In this document: positions 9,856 to 20,121 of the stretch, piece after piece
Layout: each line of letters opens with the position of its first letter
How positions within the stretch are numbered: the first letter of the stretch is position 1
Virus record (IMG/VR): IMGVR_UViG_3300046517_002304
Coordinates: 1 to 64,000 of that record
Reading direction: 5' to 3' (one strand)
DNA length: 64,000 bases
Notes under the pieces: model-generated
Databases searched by the model: none
Told to the model about the DNA's origin: nothing
What the model saw: only the letters and a program-made list of their open reading frames with translations
Translations under genes and position numbers: made by a program

Positions 9856-10735
9856 ATCTTGGACAATCGGACATGATGTTGAATTTACGGTCTTTGACCC
9901 GAAAAGTAAGAAAATCAGAAGTGCTATCGGGGTAGTTCCTGGCAGCAAGGAATGCCCTTATGACCTCGGGGACGGCCATCGGGCTTTCTACGACAATGTG
10001 CTGGCAGAATGTAACTTAAAAGTTAGCAATTCCAAAGAAGATTTTATAGCAAATAACAAGGAATGTTTTCAGCGATATGCAGATGCAATTAAGCCGTGTG
10101 TTTTACTGCCGAAAGCATCCCACACATATCCGGCATCAGAACTTCAGCACGAAGATGCCTTAAAGTTTGGCTGCGATCAATCTTTTGATGCTTATACCGT
10201 CGCCCCAAATCCACCGCCCGACTGTCAGCCCGGTAATGGCTTCCGAACCGGGGGTGGTCATATTCACCTTGGTGGCGATTTCTTCCCCTTAAACGACGAC
10301 TGGGGGCGTATATGGGTCATTAGAATGATGGATATCTTCTTTGGAGTTCCGTCACTGTTTATTGACCAAGATCCAACGTCTATGGTAAGACGCAAGCTGT
10401 ATGGTGGAGCAGGGGATCATCGTCCGCAAGTCTACGGAGTTGAGTACAGGTCACCATCCAATTTCTGGGTAGCTACTCCTCAACTGGTCGCACTCACATA
10501 TGATATCTGTGATTTTGTGCTGGATGTCTGCATTAACGAGCAACATGAAGAAATTTATAATCTTCATGAAGACAATATCGTGAAATGCATCAATAATTGG
10601 GACAAAAAGGCGGCAAAACCCTTTATGGAAATATGCCGAAGACTAATGCCCAAAAAACTATGGGAAAACGTTGAGCAACTCTCTAAGCCGCGAGAAGACA
10701 AGTCGTTCTACGAGAGCTGGGGAATCAAGGCTTAG
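9848..10735 (+). CDS. phiEco32-like COOH-NH2 ligase type 2
   Basis: IGHDVEF, DNVLAE, FGCD, FRTGGGHIHLG, RRKLYGGAG and GVEYRSPSNFW motifs. Confidence 0.85.
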   Translation: MPKSWTIGHDVEFTVFDPKSKKIRSAIGVVPGSKECPYDLGDGHRAFYDNVLAECNLKVSNSKEDFIANNKECFQRYADAIKPCVLLPKASHTYPASELQHEDALKFGCDQSFDAYTVAPNPPPDCQPGNGFRTGGGHIHLGGDFFPLNDDWGRIWVIRMMDIFFGVPSLFIDQDPTSMVRRKLYGGAGDHRPQVYGVEYRSPSNFWVATPQLVALTYDICDFVLDVCINEQHEEIYNLHEDNIVKCINNWDKKAAKPFMEICRRLMPKKLWENVEQLSKPREDKSFYESWGIKA

Positions 10736-10752
10736 TCAAAATAATAGGCAAA

Positions 10753-10819
10753 TAGCCCAAACTGGCAATTAGCAAGTTTATTCCTTTCCTTATCTTTTTT
10801 ATACGGCCAGTTTGGGCTA
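10753..10819. repeat. Perfect 14-bp inverted repeat with 39-nt loop
   Basis: TAGCCCAAACTGGC (10753-10766) / GCCAGTTTGGGCTA (10806-10819). Confidence 0.9.
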
Positions 10820-10838
10820 CCAACCAACGGAGAAAAAC

Positions 10839-11486
10839 GTGCCAAAAAATCTAATCGGGAAATGGATAGTTGATGCGCCTGAGAACATAGAGCGGTGCAT
10901 CATCGCCTTCCCAGGAAGGGGAGGATCGGCTGAAAGTATGATGAGTCTTTGTCGTGCCATAAGGTTGCCGGATACATTGATTATATGCTTACAATCTAGA
11001 TATTTTGCTTGGTACGCATCTCCAAATGGAGCCAATGATCAATATGATGCTGTGCAAAGCATGAAGAATGCTATAAAAGAAATAACAAATACAATTAATA
11101 AAATAAAAGACTTTTGGGGAGTGTCGGACAACCAAATCGCCTTGCTTGGACATAGTGCTGGTAGCGTTGTCTCAATTCAAACTGCGCTAAACTTCAATTT
11201 CCGTGCGGTTATTTCCCTTGCCGGTGCTATTTTAGAGCCGGAAAAAATGCCGATATGCGCTATAGACACTCAATTTTTGCTTCAACACGACACTAATGAT
11301 GACTGCTTTTCTTGGGATGAACGATTCGTGCCAATGCATGACGCTCTAAAAACAAACAAGTATCATACAGAAATATGTATAGACAGAGGAAATGGGCATG
11401 ATTCATTTACGAACGAAGTCGTAGACTATGTGCAATCATTTCTAACTGAGAAGTTCAAAATTACCGCAGAAAGCGAAGAGTCCTAA
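10839..11486 (+). CDS. Alpha/beta hydrolase (carboxylesterase/phospholipase-like)
   Basis: PGRGG oxyanion loop, GHSAG nucleophile, C-terminal D and GH; GTG start after GGAG. Confidence 0.8.
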   Translation: MPKNLIGKWIVDAPENIERCIIAFPGRGGSAESMMSLCRAIRLPDTLIICLQSRYFAWYASPNGANDQYDAVQSMKNAIKEITNTINKIKDFWGVSDNQIALLGHSAGSVVSIQTALNFNFRAVISLAGAILEPEKMPICAIDTQFLLQHDTNDDCFSWDERFVPMHDALKTNKYHTEICIDRGNGHDSFTNEVVDYVQSFLTEKFKITAESEES

Positions 11487-11494
11487 AACTCTAA

Positions 11495-12244
11495 CTACTT
11501 ACTAAGATCAACAATCTTAAAACCTAGATTAAGCAAGTCAGCAAATCCATCTAAGGATTTCTTTGCCTGCATATCACCTAGAGTATCATTAATCTCATCA
11601 ATAGTAGCTTCTGTTAGTTGTTTTCCTGGGTTATAACCCTTGCTCAAATAAGACGCAAAGCTATAAAGAGCAGACTCAGTCCCACGATAAAACTTAAGAG
11701 CATCGTCTACCATCTTTTCTCTTGAGTAGCTTTCCGATACAACATACTTTGAGCACTTGGAGCACATCCCGTCTTTGGGGTCTTTACTGCCGCAATTACA
11801 GAAATAAGTGTCCATACCGTTGCCAAAATAATTGGCTTCTTCTTTTTTATCATGGCCATGCGCAGCGTGACTACCTTTACCTTCGCATTTGTCGCAATCA
11901 CAATTACACTTTGACTTTCCACCTTTATCCATCATGTCATCATCATCATCGTCCATGTCGTCGTCATCCATATCATCATCTTCGTCACCATCTACATCAT
12001 CATCGTCCATGTCGTCGTCGTCCATGTCATCATCTTCGTCACCATCTACATCATCATCGTCCATGTCTTCGGGTTCTGGGGCAATAGGTTGCTTAGGCGC
12101 TTCTGTAGTAACATCTTCAGTGGCGTCAACATTTGCCCATTGAGCACCGATTACGCCAATGGCCTTTGGTCCAGAAGAAAGTCCAAGTAAAGTAGAAGAT
12201 CCAAGACTTTCATGTAAAAGCTTCCAAGATTTAAAATCTATCAT
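11495..12244 (-). CDS. Highly acidic, Cys-cluster protein with capsid-targeting-like N-terminus
   Basis: MIDFKSWKLLHES start, poly-Asp tract, CNCDCDKC and CNC..CSKC. Confidence 0.7.
   Translation of the reverse strand: MIDFKSWKLLHESLGSSTLLGLSSGPKAIGVIGAQWANVDATEDVTTEAPKQPIAPEPEDMDDDDVDGDEDDDMDDDDMDDDDVDGDEDDDMDDDDMDDDDDDMMDKGGKSKCNCDCDKCEGKGSHAAHGHDKKEEANYFGNGMDTYFCNCGSKDPKDGMCSKCSKYVVSESYSREKMVDDALKFYRGTESALYSFASYLSKGYNPGKQLTEATIDEINDTLGDMQAKKSLDGFADLLNLGFKIVDLSK
11947..12067. repeat. 54-bp coding tandem repeat (about 2.2 copies)
   Basis: 11947-12000 and 12001-12054 differ at 2 positions; encodes the D/E/M-rich tract. Confidence 0.85.
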
Positions 12245-12292
12245 ATTATATTTTTCCTGCGATATAGGTGCTGAAATATATATCAAAGACAA

Positions 12293-13135
12293 TCAGCATT
12301 TTAGTTCACATAACACTTTTTCAGGCGATGAACTAAAATAGTCCGCTTGGAAAACGCGATTATTAATATTTGTTCTCTTAACCCACGATGTCGTCATAGG
12401 GGCTAAACAAGGAAAATACATCATTAGCTGCCGAACGTTAAAGTTATCTGCAACACAAGATAAGCCTGACTGAAACCCAACAAAAAAGACAGAATTTCTT
12501 ATTATATAGCAAATATTACTAATGTAAGAGTCAATATAAACAGTATTATGGACGCCTTGTCTAGTCAATCTGTCTCCTATTTCAGATAGGACGTTTTTAT
12601 CATACCCTGCACCTACTAATATAATAGGCAGATTAAACCTGTCATATATCCCCTTAACCAACTTGTGCCATTGATCTGTATTCCAAAGGTCCGTTCTAGA
12701 GCGATTAGTTCCAGAAACAAAAGCCGTAAGATACCGCCCATAAGGAGTGGGGCAACAATCCGTTCTAATAGGAACGCAAATATCAATAGGATATTCTAAA
12801 TCTATTTCATCTAGCCTAGTTCCGGACTCAAGCCACCGATTCGCCGAATATTCAAATGCAAAGCGCCCTTTTTGATATAAATCAAATATGCCTTTAATAT
12901 CAGGCTTTAAGCCAGCCACTCTGTGATAATCTGCTTCAGAAACCTTTTTAAAACAAGACTTTCCTACCTGTGGCAAAAGCTTGACGAATTCCCCAGATCT
13001 GTGCTGTACGGCATCATCGGCTATGGTTAATATGTTAAAATTAATCTTATCAAAATATGGGGCAAACTTTTGATATATCCAAAATATATCCCCAATACCT
13101 TGAGGAACATCCAGAGTAATTTCAGCGCCAATCAT
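12293..13135 (-). CDS. GT9-like (heptosyltransferase-like) glycosyltransferase
   Basis: PQGIGDIFW start motif, W..DQW, LVGAGYD, FFVGFQSGLS; coupled to hldD. Confidence 0.65.
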   Translation of the reverse strand: MIGAEITLDVPQGIGDIFWIYQKFAPYFDKINFNILTIADDAVQHRSGEFVKLLPQVGKSCFKKVSEADYHRVAGLKPDIKGIFDLYQKGRFAFEYSANRWLESGTRLDEIDLEYPIDICVPIRTDCCPTPYGRYLTAFVSGTNRSRTDLWNTDQWHKLVKGIYDRFNLPIILVGAGYDKNVLSEIGDRLTRQGVHNTVYIDSYISNICYIIRNSVFFVGFQSGLSCVADNFNVRQLMMYFPCLAPMTTSWVKRTNINNRVFQADYFSSSPEKVLCELKC

Positions 13136-13920
13136 GCAATAAATATAGTCGGCGACCAGTTAAAAATATCTTTAGTCCTGGCGATATCAGCACAGGTATG
13201 AAACTGATATGTATCTTTGAATGGGCAATCAATATAGTCTGGGATAATGTTAGAATTATACAATCTATTACAGTAATTTATTATATTTTCAAAAGGGACG
13301 CTGACTCCGCTACCTAAATTAAATACTCCACTTGTTTGCACGCTTATAGCACTCTTAATACACTCGCATACATCATCAATATGAATAAAATCACGCTTAG
13401 GATTGCCTTTAAATAAAATAGGCGGTTGGCCATTCTTGATCATATTGTTAATCTGATGTACCATGGATGCCCTTTTACCCTTGTGCTCTTCGCCAATAAG
13501 CGACCAGACATTGGTAAACCTAAAACCAATACAAGAAACATCTTTGTCTCTAGTCCAAGATAATGTCCATCCCTCAAAGTTCTTTTTACTCTGAGCATAT
13601 GGGGTTAAACAATCATGAACTGCGCCCGATGATGCCCAAATAAACTTGCGACATCCTTTGCCATAATAATAATCAAACATTTCAATCGGCCAATAATAAT
13701 TAGCTCTCATCATGGCGTCATAATCTCGGCTCTGCGTATCATTGTTTGCCGCAAGATGTATCAATACATCTGCCTGTCCCGCATCTTGCCAGTGGATTAT
13801 AGGAACTGCACTTGGCTGCTCATTCAAATGCCCTGTGCCAACTACATCGTGTCTCTGACATAGTATTCTAGACAAATATGATCCTACAAATCCGGTGGCA
13901 CCAGTGATTAATATTCTCAT
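13132..13920 (-). CDS. hldD: ADP-L-glycero-D-manno-heptose 6-epimerase-like SDR
   Basis: TGATGFVG, YAQSK, RFTNVW..EEHKGKRASMV, KRDFIHIDDV and YQFHTCAD match HldD/RfaD-specific motifs. Confidence 0.8.
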   Translation of the reverse strand: MRILITGATGFVGSYLSRILCQRHDVVGTGHLNEQPSAVPIIHWQDAGQADVLIHLAANNDTQSRDYDAMMRANYYWPIEMFDYYYGKGCRKFIWASSGAVHDCLTPYAQSKKNFEGWTLSWTRDKDVSCIGFRFTNVWSLIGEEHKGKRASMVHQINNMIKNGQPPILFKGNPKRDFIHIDDVCECIKSAISVQTSGVFNLGSGVSVPFENIINYCNRLYNSNIIPDYIDCPFKDTYQFHTCADIARTKDIFNWSPTIFIA

Positions 13921-14612
13921 GATTTCTTAAAAACAAAACTCATTACACCGTCACGGCCCGCAAGGGTTTCTGCATCGCTCGTTTCTATCAGTTCAAAACC
14001 ATATTCGGTTACACAATAAATCAAGCCATTTTGAGTGAAGTACTGAAGGTGCTCGCCTGGCTTCTTATGCTTTGACGACACGATATCATGAATATCATTA
14101 AAAATAGGCATGCTTATAAAAAGATATCCATTTTTCCGTACTTGCCGCAATATCTCTTCTGGCTTTTGAAAGTGTTCAAAAACATCCCACAGTGTAATCC
14201 CATTAAATTCAAGAAGCGTTTGATCTTTACTTAGCTCTTTATAAATACCTCTATCTTTTAGCCACTTCACGCCACATGGGTTAATATCATACCCGAATGA
14301 CCTAACTCTTAACTTTTTAATAAATTCTCCGCAACCAATCCCTACATCTAAAACCAAATCCTGATCTGACATATACTTTTCAACTAAACTACAACGATAT
14401 TTATTTAAGGCAATGGCAGTAGGAGTGTGCTCTAGGTCTACATAATGCTTCCAGTAAGCATCTGAATATTCAATAACTTTGTTTCTATCAATTTGCCAAG
14501 CAACCCCTATTTCAGGAATACCTTCTATACCGTCTGTAATAGAAACTACTTTATCGCCATATATGCCCCGTTTCAATAAGTCAAACATGCGATAATATAG
14601 TTCATAGTTCAA
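13917..14612 (-). CDS. Class I SAM-dependent methyltransferase
   Basis: VLDVGIGCG, YDIN, LWDVFEH, EHLQYF. Confidence 0.8.
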   Translation of the reverse strand: MNYELYYRMFDLLKRGIYGDKVVSITDGIEGIPEIGVAWQIDRNKVIEYSDAYWKHYVDLEHTPTAIALNKYRCSLVEKYMSDQDLVLDVGIGCGEFIKKLRVRSFGYDINPCGVKWLKDRGIYKELSKDQTLLEFNGITLWDVFEHFQKPEEILRQVRKNGYLFISMPIFNDIHDIVSSKHKKPGEHLQYFTQNGLIYCVTEYGFELIETSDAETLAGRDGVMSFVFKKS

Positions 14613-15498
14613 TTTTATTTTTCAGGAATTCATACGATTTATGCGGAGCATAATAGATGTGCTTGTATTTAAAACAATGATCGTCTGTGCTCTTTATCAT
14701 TAGGCTAGGATAACTAAAAATTTTAGCCGCAACTACTGATAGAACAGAATTAACGCCGATATAGCCGCTAGATTTTTTTAATATCTCCATGGCTTCAACT
14801 ATAGATGTTTGATTTGATAAATCTATTAAGTTTTTGCTGCCCGCAGGAATTAAATCAGGGCCAAGATTTAAAACAACCCCGCTCATCTCTAATCTTTGCA
14901 ACGATATAATAGTATTTTCCCAGTCACCTTTATCAAAATCCCTAGACGCAATTCTCTTATCACTAGAATATGGGCAAATTACCATGTATTTTTCTGGTAG
15001 TCCAAAATCAGAAACATTACATAACTGATTACTTAAAATGCTTGAATCATTATACTTGAGATACCCGGACGTAATGCGGGAAAACTTCGGACTGATGCTC
15101 CAGTCATCAGCATCAGACAGCCCTTGAGGAATATTCATTTTCTTAGTTTTTAAATGAACCATAACCTCATCTTTGGTAAAGAAGCACCAGAATTTAGAAA
15201 AATCATCATAAACTATAACATGATTTTTGAGCTTTGGAAAATTAGAAAGCCTTTTGAAAACTTCCATAATATGCTTGCTTTTATTAGTCGCATAATATAT
15301 CGTGTCCAGATTTTCTCTTTCATAATGAGAAAAATAGCTTTCTAAAGCAAGAACATCCCCAATTCCACCCGTCAGTAAAATACCACCAGACGATTCTTTA
15401 AATACTCTGGCAGGAGCATTAAATACTCTTTCTTTAATAAGCCGCTGATTACGGCTTTTAATTAAATATTGATTTCTTTCACTAAAGTTAAATGGCAT
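14602..15498 (-). CDS. GT9-like glycosyltransferase (paralog of 54842..55690)
   Basis: GGIGDVLALES, VICPYSS..RDF, DLSNQTSI.EA.EILK..GYIGVNS. Confidence 0.7.
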   Translation of the reverse strand: MPFNFSERNQYLIKSRNQRLIKERVFNAPARVFKESSGGILLTGGIGDVLALESYFSHYERENLDTIYYATNKSKHIMEVFKRLSNFPKLKNHVIVYDDFSKFWCFFTKDEVMVHLKTKKMNIPQGLSDADDWSISPKFSRITSGYLKYNDSSILSNQLCNVSDFGLPEKYMVICPYSSDKRIASRDFDKGDWENTIISLQRLEMSGVVLNLGPDLIPAGSKNLIDLSNQTSIVEAMEILKKSSGYIGVNSVLSVVAAKIFSYPSLMIKSTDDHCFKYKHIYYAPHKSYEFLKNKIEL

Positions 15499-17506
15499 AA
15501 TGCAAGTTTTTAGCTTCGCTGACAACTGATGCGGCAATCTCATCAGAGCAATTCAAAGCAATCTTAACCTTATTTATATTAGTGGAAATATCTTTAAGAG
15601 TCCTAAGTCCAGCAGTCCACAGTTTATTAGCCTTTACCCTGCCTATTCCGCTTAGCTTGACTATATCAACCATTTCAAATGGCACGCCATAATTTATCCT
15701 GGCTCTCAGTTGTTCTAGCCACATATGCCGGTTCCACATACCATGCATACGATTTATAGCAGATAAAACTTCTAGCGTTCGGCTAAAATCATATTGCAAC
15801 CCTCTCATGGGAGCGCTCAATATAGGATTCTCTTTTCCCTGTAATAAAAGATGGTAACAATACCCTACCTTAATTACCGATGCATTGTGCATATCAAAAT
15901 TAACCTTTTTTCGCCGCAATATATTAACATAGCCATCAGCTTCATCTACTTCCATTCTACTAGCAATGCCGCAGCGGTGGGTATCAATATTTGATAGCGC
16001 AATAGTTAGCCAATAATCATCTTGCTCTTTTTCGTTTTTAAAAAGGTGATCAAAATTAAAATATAAGTTAGAAACATCATATGGAGAATAGTAATACATG
16101 CTAGATATCTTGCCTAGCTGCGTCAAAGTATATGTGCCACTCTCTTCTTTCAATATACTACACTTTTTTAAACTATCCAGCATATTGTATATAAAATTAC
16201 TATCTAGTCTTAAGTTCTGATGATGAGAAAGCGTTTCTTTGAACCAATTATTTAACTCAGTCCTATTTGTTATGTTACCATGATGAATTTCGCTAACAAT
16301 ATGAAAGGCTAAATTTTTAAACGTTTCGTTCTTACCAACTAAGGATGACATAACATCAGGAGGATTATTAATTCTATATTTCCAATCTTCTATTTTACTA
16401 TCTGGCAATAGAACGTAAGCATCCCCTTCGTCTGACCCGTATCCTTTTCGGCCAGCTCTACCCATAGAATTTAAAATAGCGCTCACTTCCACTTCTGATA
16501 ATCCCCGATGAACTCCTAATACTATAACACCCTTAGCAGGCGTATTAACTCCAGCGGATAACGTTGATGTGGCAACCAGAACTTTCAAGCTATCACTATC
16601 TCTAAACTCATTTTCTATTTTAATCCTATCAGCTTTAGCTAAATCGGCAGTGTGATATTTGGCAACTATCCCCTCGGACGCTAGCTTCTTTAGCATTGCC
16701 AGTCCTGTTTTCTTACCATGCACAAATATAATGAATTTATCATTTAAGTTTTTCTTGATTATCTCAAGAGCCTTCTTCATTTTGGTCTCTTCTTTTTCTT
16801 CATATCTCCCTTTATCGCGATATGGAGTAAAGTACTTATTCAATTTACACGGACGATAATCAGACCTTAAAACATAAGTATCTCTACCCGTTATATTGCT
16901 AATCCAATTCCCTATTTCTTTATGATTTGGCATAACAGCAGATAAGGCCACAATCCTTGCCTTAGGATTAAGTTTCAAGAAATTCAATAGCCCAACCTCA
17001 ATGTGACTCCCACGAGACTCATCTCCCAACATATGAAATTCATCAATCACCAATGTCACATCGCCATTCAAAAAATCAGATTTATCTGACCGCGCCCTTG
17101 ACAGGGAGTTAAGAATTTCGTATGTCATGATAATAATATCGGCTTCCGCTAACTCTTTTTTTCTATCAGACGTAATCTGATAGTCTCCGGTACATATAGA
17201 CACTTTTAAGTCAGAAAAATGATGGTCTGATGATCGCCATTCATCAAACTTCTCTTGGGAGAGCGCCTTCATCGGCGATAAGTATATTCCTTTACCGCCA
17301 TGCTGCCTTATCGTGCTAGCGATATACATTTCCGCTATGGCAGTTTTACCAGCACTCGTATTCGCAGATATCAAGCAATTTTCTGGTTTATCAAAAACAG
17401 AAAATACTGCGCTCTGCACAGGATTAAAATGCTCGAATGAAAAACGACCGAACTTAAACTGTTCGGTCGAAATAATATCTTTAGATTCCGCAATTTCAAT
17501 AATCAA
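15488..17506 (-). CDS. Hel308/Ski2-like SF2 helicase with C-terminal HhH
   Basis: FNPVQ, TSAGKT, PMKAL, DEFH, LSA, TLSAGVNTPA, MGRAGR, GIGRVKA. Confidence 0.88.
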   Translation of the reverse strand: MIIEIAESKDIISTEQFKFGRFSFEHFNPVQSAVFSVFDKPENCLISANTSAGKTAIAEMYIASTIRQHGGKGIYLSPMKALSQEKFDEWRSSDHHFSDLKVSICTGDYQITSDRKKELAEADIIIMTYEILNSLSRARSDKSDFLNGDVTLVIDEFHMLGDESRGSHIEVGLLNFLKLNPKARIVALSAVMPNHKEIGNWISNITGRDTYVLRSDYRPCKLNKYFTPYRDKGRYEEKEETKMKKALEIIKKNLNDKFIIFVHGKKTGLAMLKKLASEGIVAKYHTADLAKADRIKIENEFRDSDSLKVLVATSTLSAGVNTPAKGVIVLGVHRGLSEVEVSAILNSMGRAGRKGYGSDEGDAYVLLPDSKIEDWKYRINNPPDVMSSLVGKNETFKNLAFHIVSEIHHGNITNRTELNNWFKETLSHHQNLRLDSNFIYNMLDSLKKCSILKEESGTYTLTQLGKISSMYYYSPYDVSNLYFNFDHLFKNEKEQDDYWLTIALSNIDTHRCGIASRMEVDEADGYVNILRRKKVNFDMHNASVIKVGYCYHLLLQGKENPILSAPMRGLQYDFSRTLEVLSAINRMHGMWNRHMWLEQLRARINYGVPFEMVDIVKLSGIGRVKANKLWTAGLRTLKDISTNINKVKIALNCSDEIAASVVSEAKNLHYAI

Positions 17507-17518
17507 ATTTAATACCTT

Positions 17519-18232
17519 TTAACAAAGAACGTCGCCATAATCATCAGGCGCAATACTTACAATCTTACACCCATCCGCTATTAAACCAGTTAACTTATCA
17601 ATTTTGATGTCCATTACAACTGGATCTGAAACAGTGTCTGGGATATTATCAAAATCTAAATTAATATCAAGCCAATTAATTCCTCTACAAGCCCTGTGTA
17701 TTCTACGAATACGCTTTGTTATATCGGCTATAGTCTTGTTATGTTTAAATTCTTTTTTCTTAACAATCGTAAACCAAAACGACTTCACATAATTAATCTG
17801 ATGCGACACAAAATCAAAAAACTTATTAAACCCAAAATATTCGTGAATAATTTCTTCAGTAAGATTAATTACTACGCCTCTTGTCCAAAGATCTCTAGCT
17901 TCATCTAAAGTATGGGCTATAGGAGTATGAACACGACACTCCATACATCCTGCTACCCACCCCAAAGAACCACAAGAATTAATAGTAAATTTTTCATGCT
18001 TACAAAAATTATAACTCTCCAAAAATCTTAAAAATTTACAATCTGGAAATACATCATAATCGCTCATCAGCGGCTGCTCATGCCAACTAACAATAGCCTC
18101 TATTGAGTTATCGCACAATTTGGCTCGATGGCGGCAAATACCGCATTTAACGAACCACCATATCTTGGCATCTTTATCCCATGAATATAGTGCCGGATTA
18201 TGACTGCATTCGGGCATGGGATTTCTGGACAA
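17519..18232 (-). CDS. Protein with two Lar-like Zn-finger repeats
   Basis: WFVKCGIC..EAIVSW and WVAGCMEC..EARDLW. Confidence 0.55.
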   Translation of the reverse strand: MSRNPMPECSHNPALYSWDKDAKIWWFVKCGICRHRAKLCDNSIEAIVSWHEQPLMSDYDVFPDCKFLRFLESYNFCKHEKFTINSCGSLGWVAGCMECRVHTPIAHTLDEARDLWTRGVVINLTEEIIHEYFGFNKFFDFVSHQINYVKSFWFTIVKKKEFKHNKTIADITKRIRRIHRACRGINWLDINLDFDNIPDTVSDPVVMDIKIDKLTGLIADGCKIVSIAPDDYGDVLC

Positions 18233-18239
18233 TGTAAAA

Positions 18240-18470
18240 TTAGATGCGCTTACTCAACTCGGTCTTTACCGAATCAGCAATTTCGTCAACCATCTTATAG
18301 AAGTCATCGCTACTTTTAGCAGACGCTAACCATTTATCAATATCTTTATGTTCTTTTTCAATAAAATGAAGAACATCATACATGTCGCCGTGTAATTTAT
18401 CGCCTAATCTATCAGAAACAAACTTCAAACTATCCTGATCCAAACGCTCAACAAAATTCTTAATAACCAT
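18240..18470 (-). CDS. Hypothetical protein
   Basis: 76 aa ORF with GAGG SD. Confidence 0.65.
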   Translation of the reverse strand: MVIKNFVERLDQDSLKFVSDRLGDKLHGDMYDVLHFIEKEHKDIDKWLASAKSSDDFYKMVDEIADSVKTELSKRI

Positions 18471-18485
18471 GATAATACCTCTTAA

Positions 18486-18944
18486 CTAAAAAAACTTGGA
18501 ACTTGATACATTTAAAACTCGGTGGAACTTTAAACCATTATACTCATCTTGTCTTACTGCGCCATAGCTCTTGTCTTCAATGGACTGATTATTTTTATTA
18601 AAGCAAACTGTCCAAATGTAAACCTTTCTATCATTTTGTATGATAGAAACATAATATAGTCCTAAACTACCTAAAAATCTCTCCGCTACTTTGCACACTA
18701 AAGAGAATGGAAGGAAGGCACCAAATGACGCATATATCTGCAATGTCTGCATATAATGCGCCTGGTGATCGTTCTTACTTAAAACAACACAGATGCCATA
18801 TCCATCAACATATAAATCTCTCTCTTTCAAGCAAATAATTTGCTTTTCATCGTCCATGCTAACAACCGGCCAAGAATACTCCATCAAAGCAGCAGATGCG
18901 TCGTGCATTTCCTTTATATGCTTTTCTAATAAAACACTTTGCAT
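18486..18944 (-). CDS. Hypothetical protein
   Basis: 152 aa; TATAAT 5 nt upstream of ATG. Confidence 0.65.
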   Translation of the reverse strand: MQSVLLEKHIKEMHDASAALMEYSWPVVSMDDEKQIICLKERDLYVDGYGICVVLSKNDHQAHYMQTLQIYASFGAFLPFSLVCKVAERFLGSLGLYYVSIIQNDRKVYIWTVCFNKNNQSIEDKSYGAVRQDEYNGLKFHRVLNVSSSKFF

Positions 18945-18974
18945 CCCTTATTATAATGCGGCGACTCAATTTTT

Positions 18975-20027
18975 TTAGAACTTACAGCTTTCGTCGTAAA
19001 GTGCCCATGAAAGTTCCTTGGGAGTCAAGTGCTCTTCGGGTCTAATTTCATGTCCGGCTTCCTTGAATCTCCTGAGGATATTTTGCAATTCTTTACTCGC
19101 AATCAGCCGCGAAGGGTCGTTAGACATAAACTTCATCATTCTGGCCAAAAACCAATCTCTAGTCTGTTGAAGCCCCTTTGAGAGTTCGTATGCCTTAGGA
19201 TTATCTGAAAATCCCAAAAATCTCATGGTATCTTCAGGATCAAGCCAGCACAAGTGGCTCCAAGGATCGCCAGGCTTATATTCTGGATTAATAGGTTGAG
19301 CAAGCGCTCTATCAATAAAATGTAGTAAGAATCTTATCCAGTTCTTAATTAAATATGCGTCCTTGCAGCCATCACCCTCAATTACCCGAAACTCAACAGT
19401 CCGGCGGGCGCTATCCTTCTTTAAGGACTTGGCATTCATCGTATAATATTTAACATCGCCTACACGATTGATGATTTCCTGAGGAGAATACTTTTCATCG
19501 TGCGATAAATTATTCGTCATGCCTATAACTTGGCAATAACGATTAACCTTTCGGTAATCTGGCACTGCGTCCAAAATAACAGGTTCGCACTTTATATACC
19601 ACGATAAAACTCTGGCAATCTGTTCATTTTCTAAATCAGAAAAATCAATATGAACATGAACAGAACAACGCTTGTCTGACTTTATCTTTGCGTCTTTAGA
19701 AAGTGCCTCAATAACACGGCACACTTTCTGAACGCCCTTCCATCCACTGAACGGAGGCGTGCAAACCTCCATACCGCAACTACTGTCTGGTTTAACAATC
19801 CATGTATTATTGTTATTAGTATGTTCCCAACCACGTACTTCGGCACCTTCTTCACTATTGGCATTCACAACTGACGCCACGTAATCAATGCCGGCAACCT
19901 TACTATTACCATCATCTGGTTTATTTTTACCATCAAAAGCGTTCAGCTCTATTTCAATACCGAATTTTCTGGTGGAAACAAACGCCACATGTTCGTGTCC
20001 CATTTCCTTCTTCCTGGTATCGCCCAT
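18975..20027 (-). CDS. Amidoligase_2 family COOH-NH2 ligase
   Basis: FGIEIE, PDSS.GMEVCTPP, CSVHVH, TVEFR. Confidence 0.85.
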   Translation of the reverse strand: MGDTRKKEMGHEHVAFVSTRKFGIEIELNAFDGKNKPDDGNSKVAGIDYVASVVNANSEEGAEVRGWEHTNNNNTWIVKPDSSCGMEVCTPPFSGWKGVQKVCRVIEALSKDAKIKSDKRCSVHVHIDFSDLENEQIARVLSWYIKCEPVILDAVPDYRKVNRYCQVIGMTNNLSHDEKYSPQEIINRVGDVKYYTMNAKSLKKDSARRTVEFRVIEGDGCKDAYLIKNWIRFLLHFIDRALAQPINPEYKPGDPWSHLCWLDPEDTMRFLGFSDNPKAYELSKGLQQTRDWFLARMMKFMSNDPSRLIASKELQNILRRFKEAGHEIRPEEHLTPKELSWALYDESCKF

Positions 20028-20069
20028 ATTTCACCCTACCTTTTTGTGTGCCTGAAATTCAATAACGCC

Positions 20070-20098
20070 AATATACTTCATTTGCATCAATGTGTCAA
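20070..20098 (-). promoter_or_regulatory. Sigma70-type promoter for the amidoligase
   Basis: TTGACA-N17-TATATT on the minus strand. Confidence 0.75.
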
Positions 20099-20121
20099 TA
20101 ACATTTATCGAACGAATGCTC

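Noticed and set aside
11930-12070. Repetitive tract as a possible CRISPR array
   Set aside because: It is an in-frame coding repeat of Asp/Met codons with no unique spacers.
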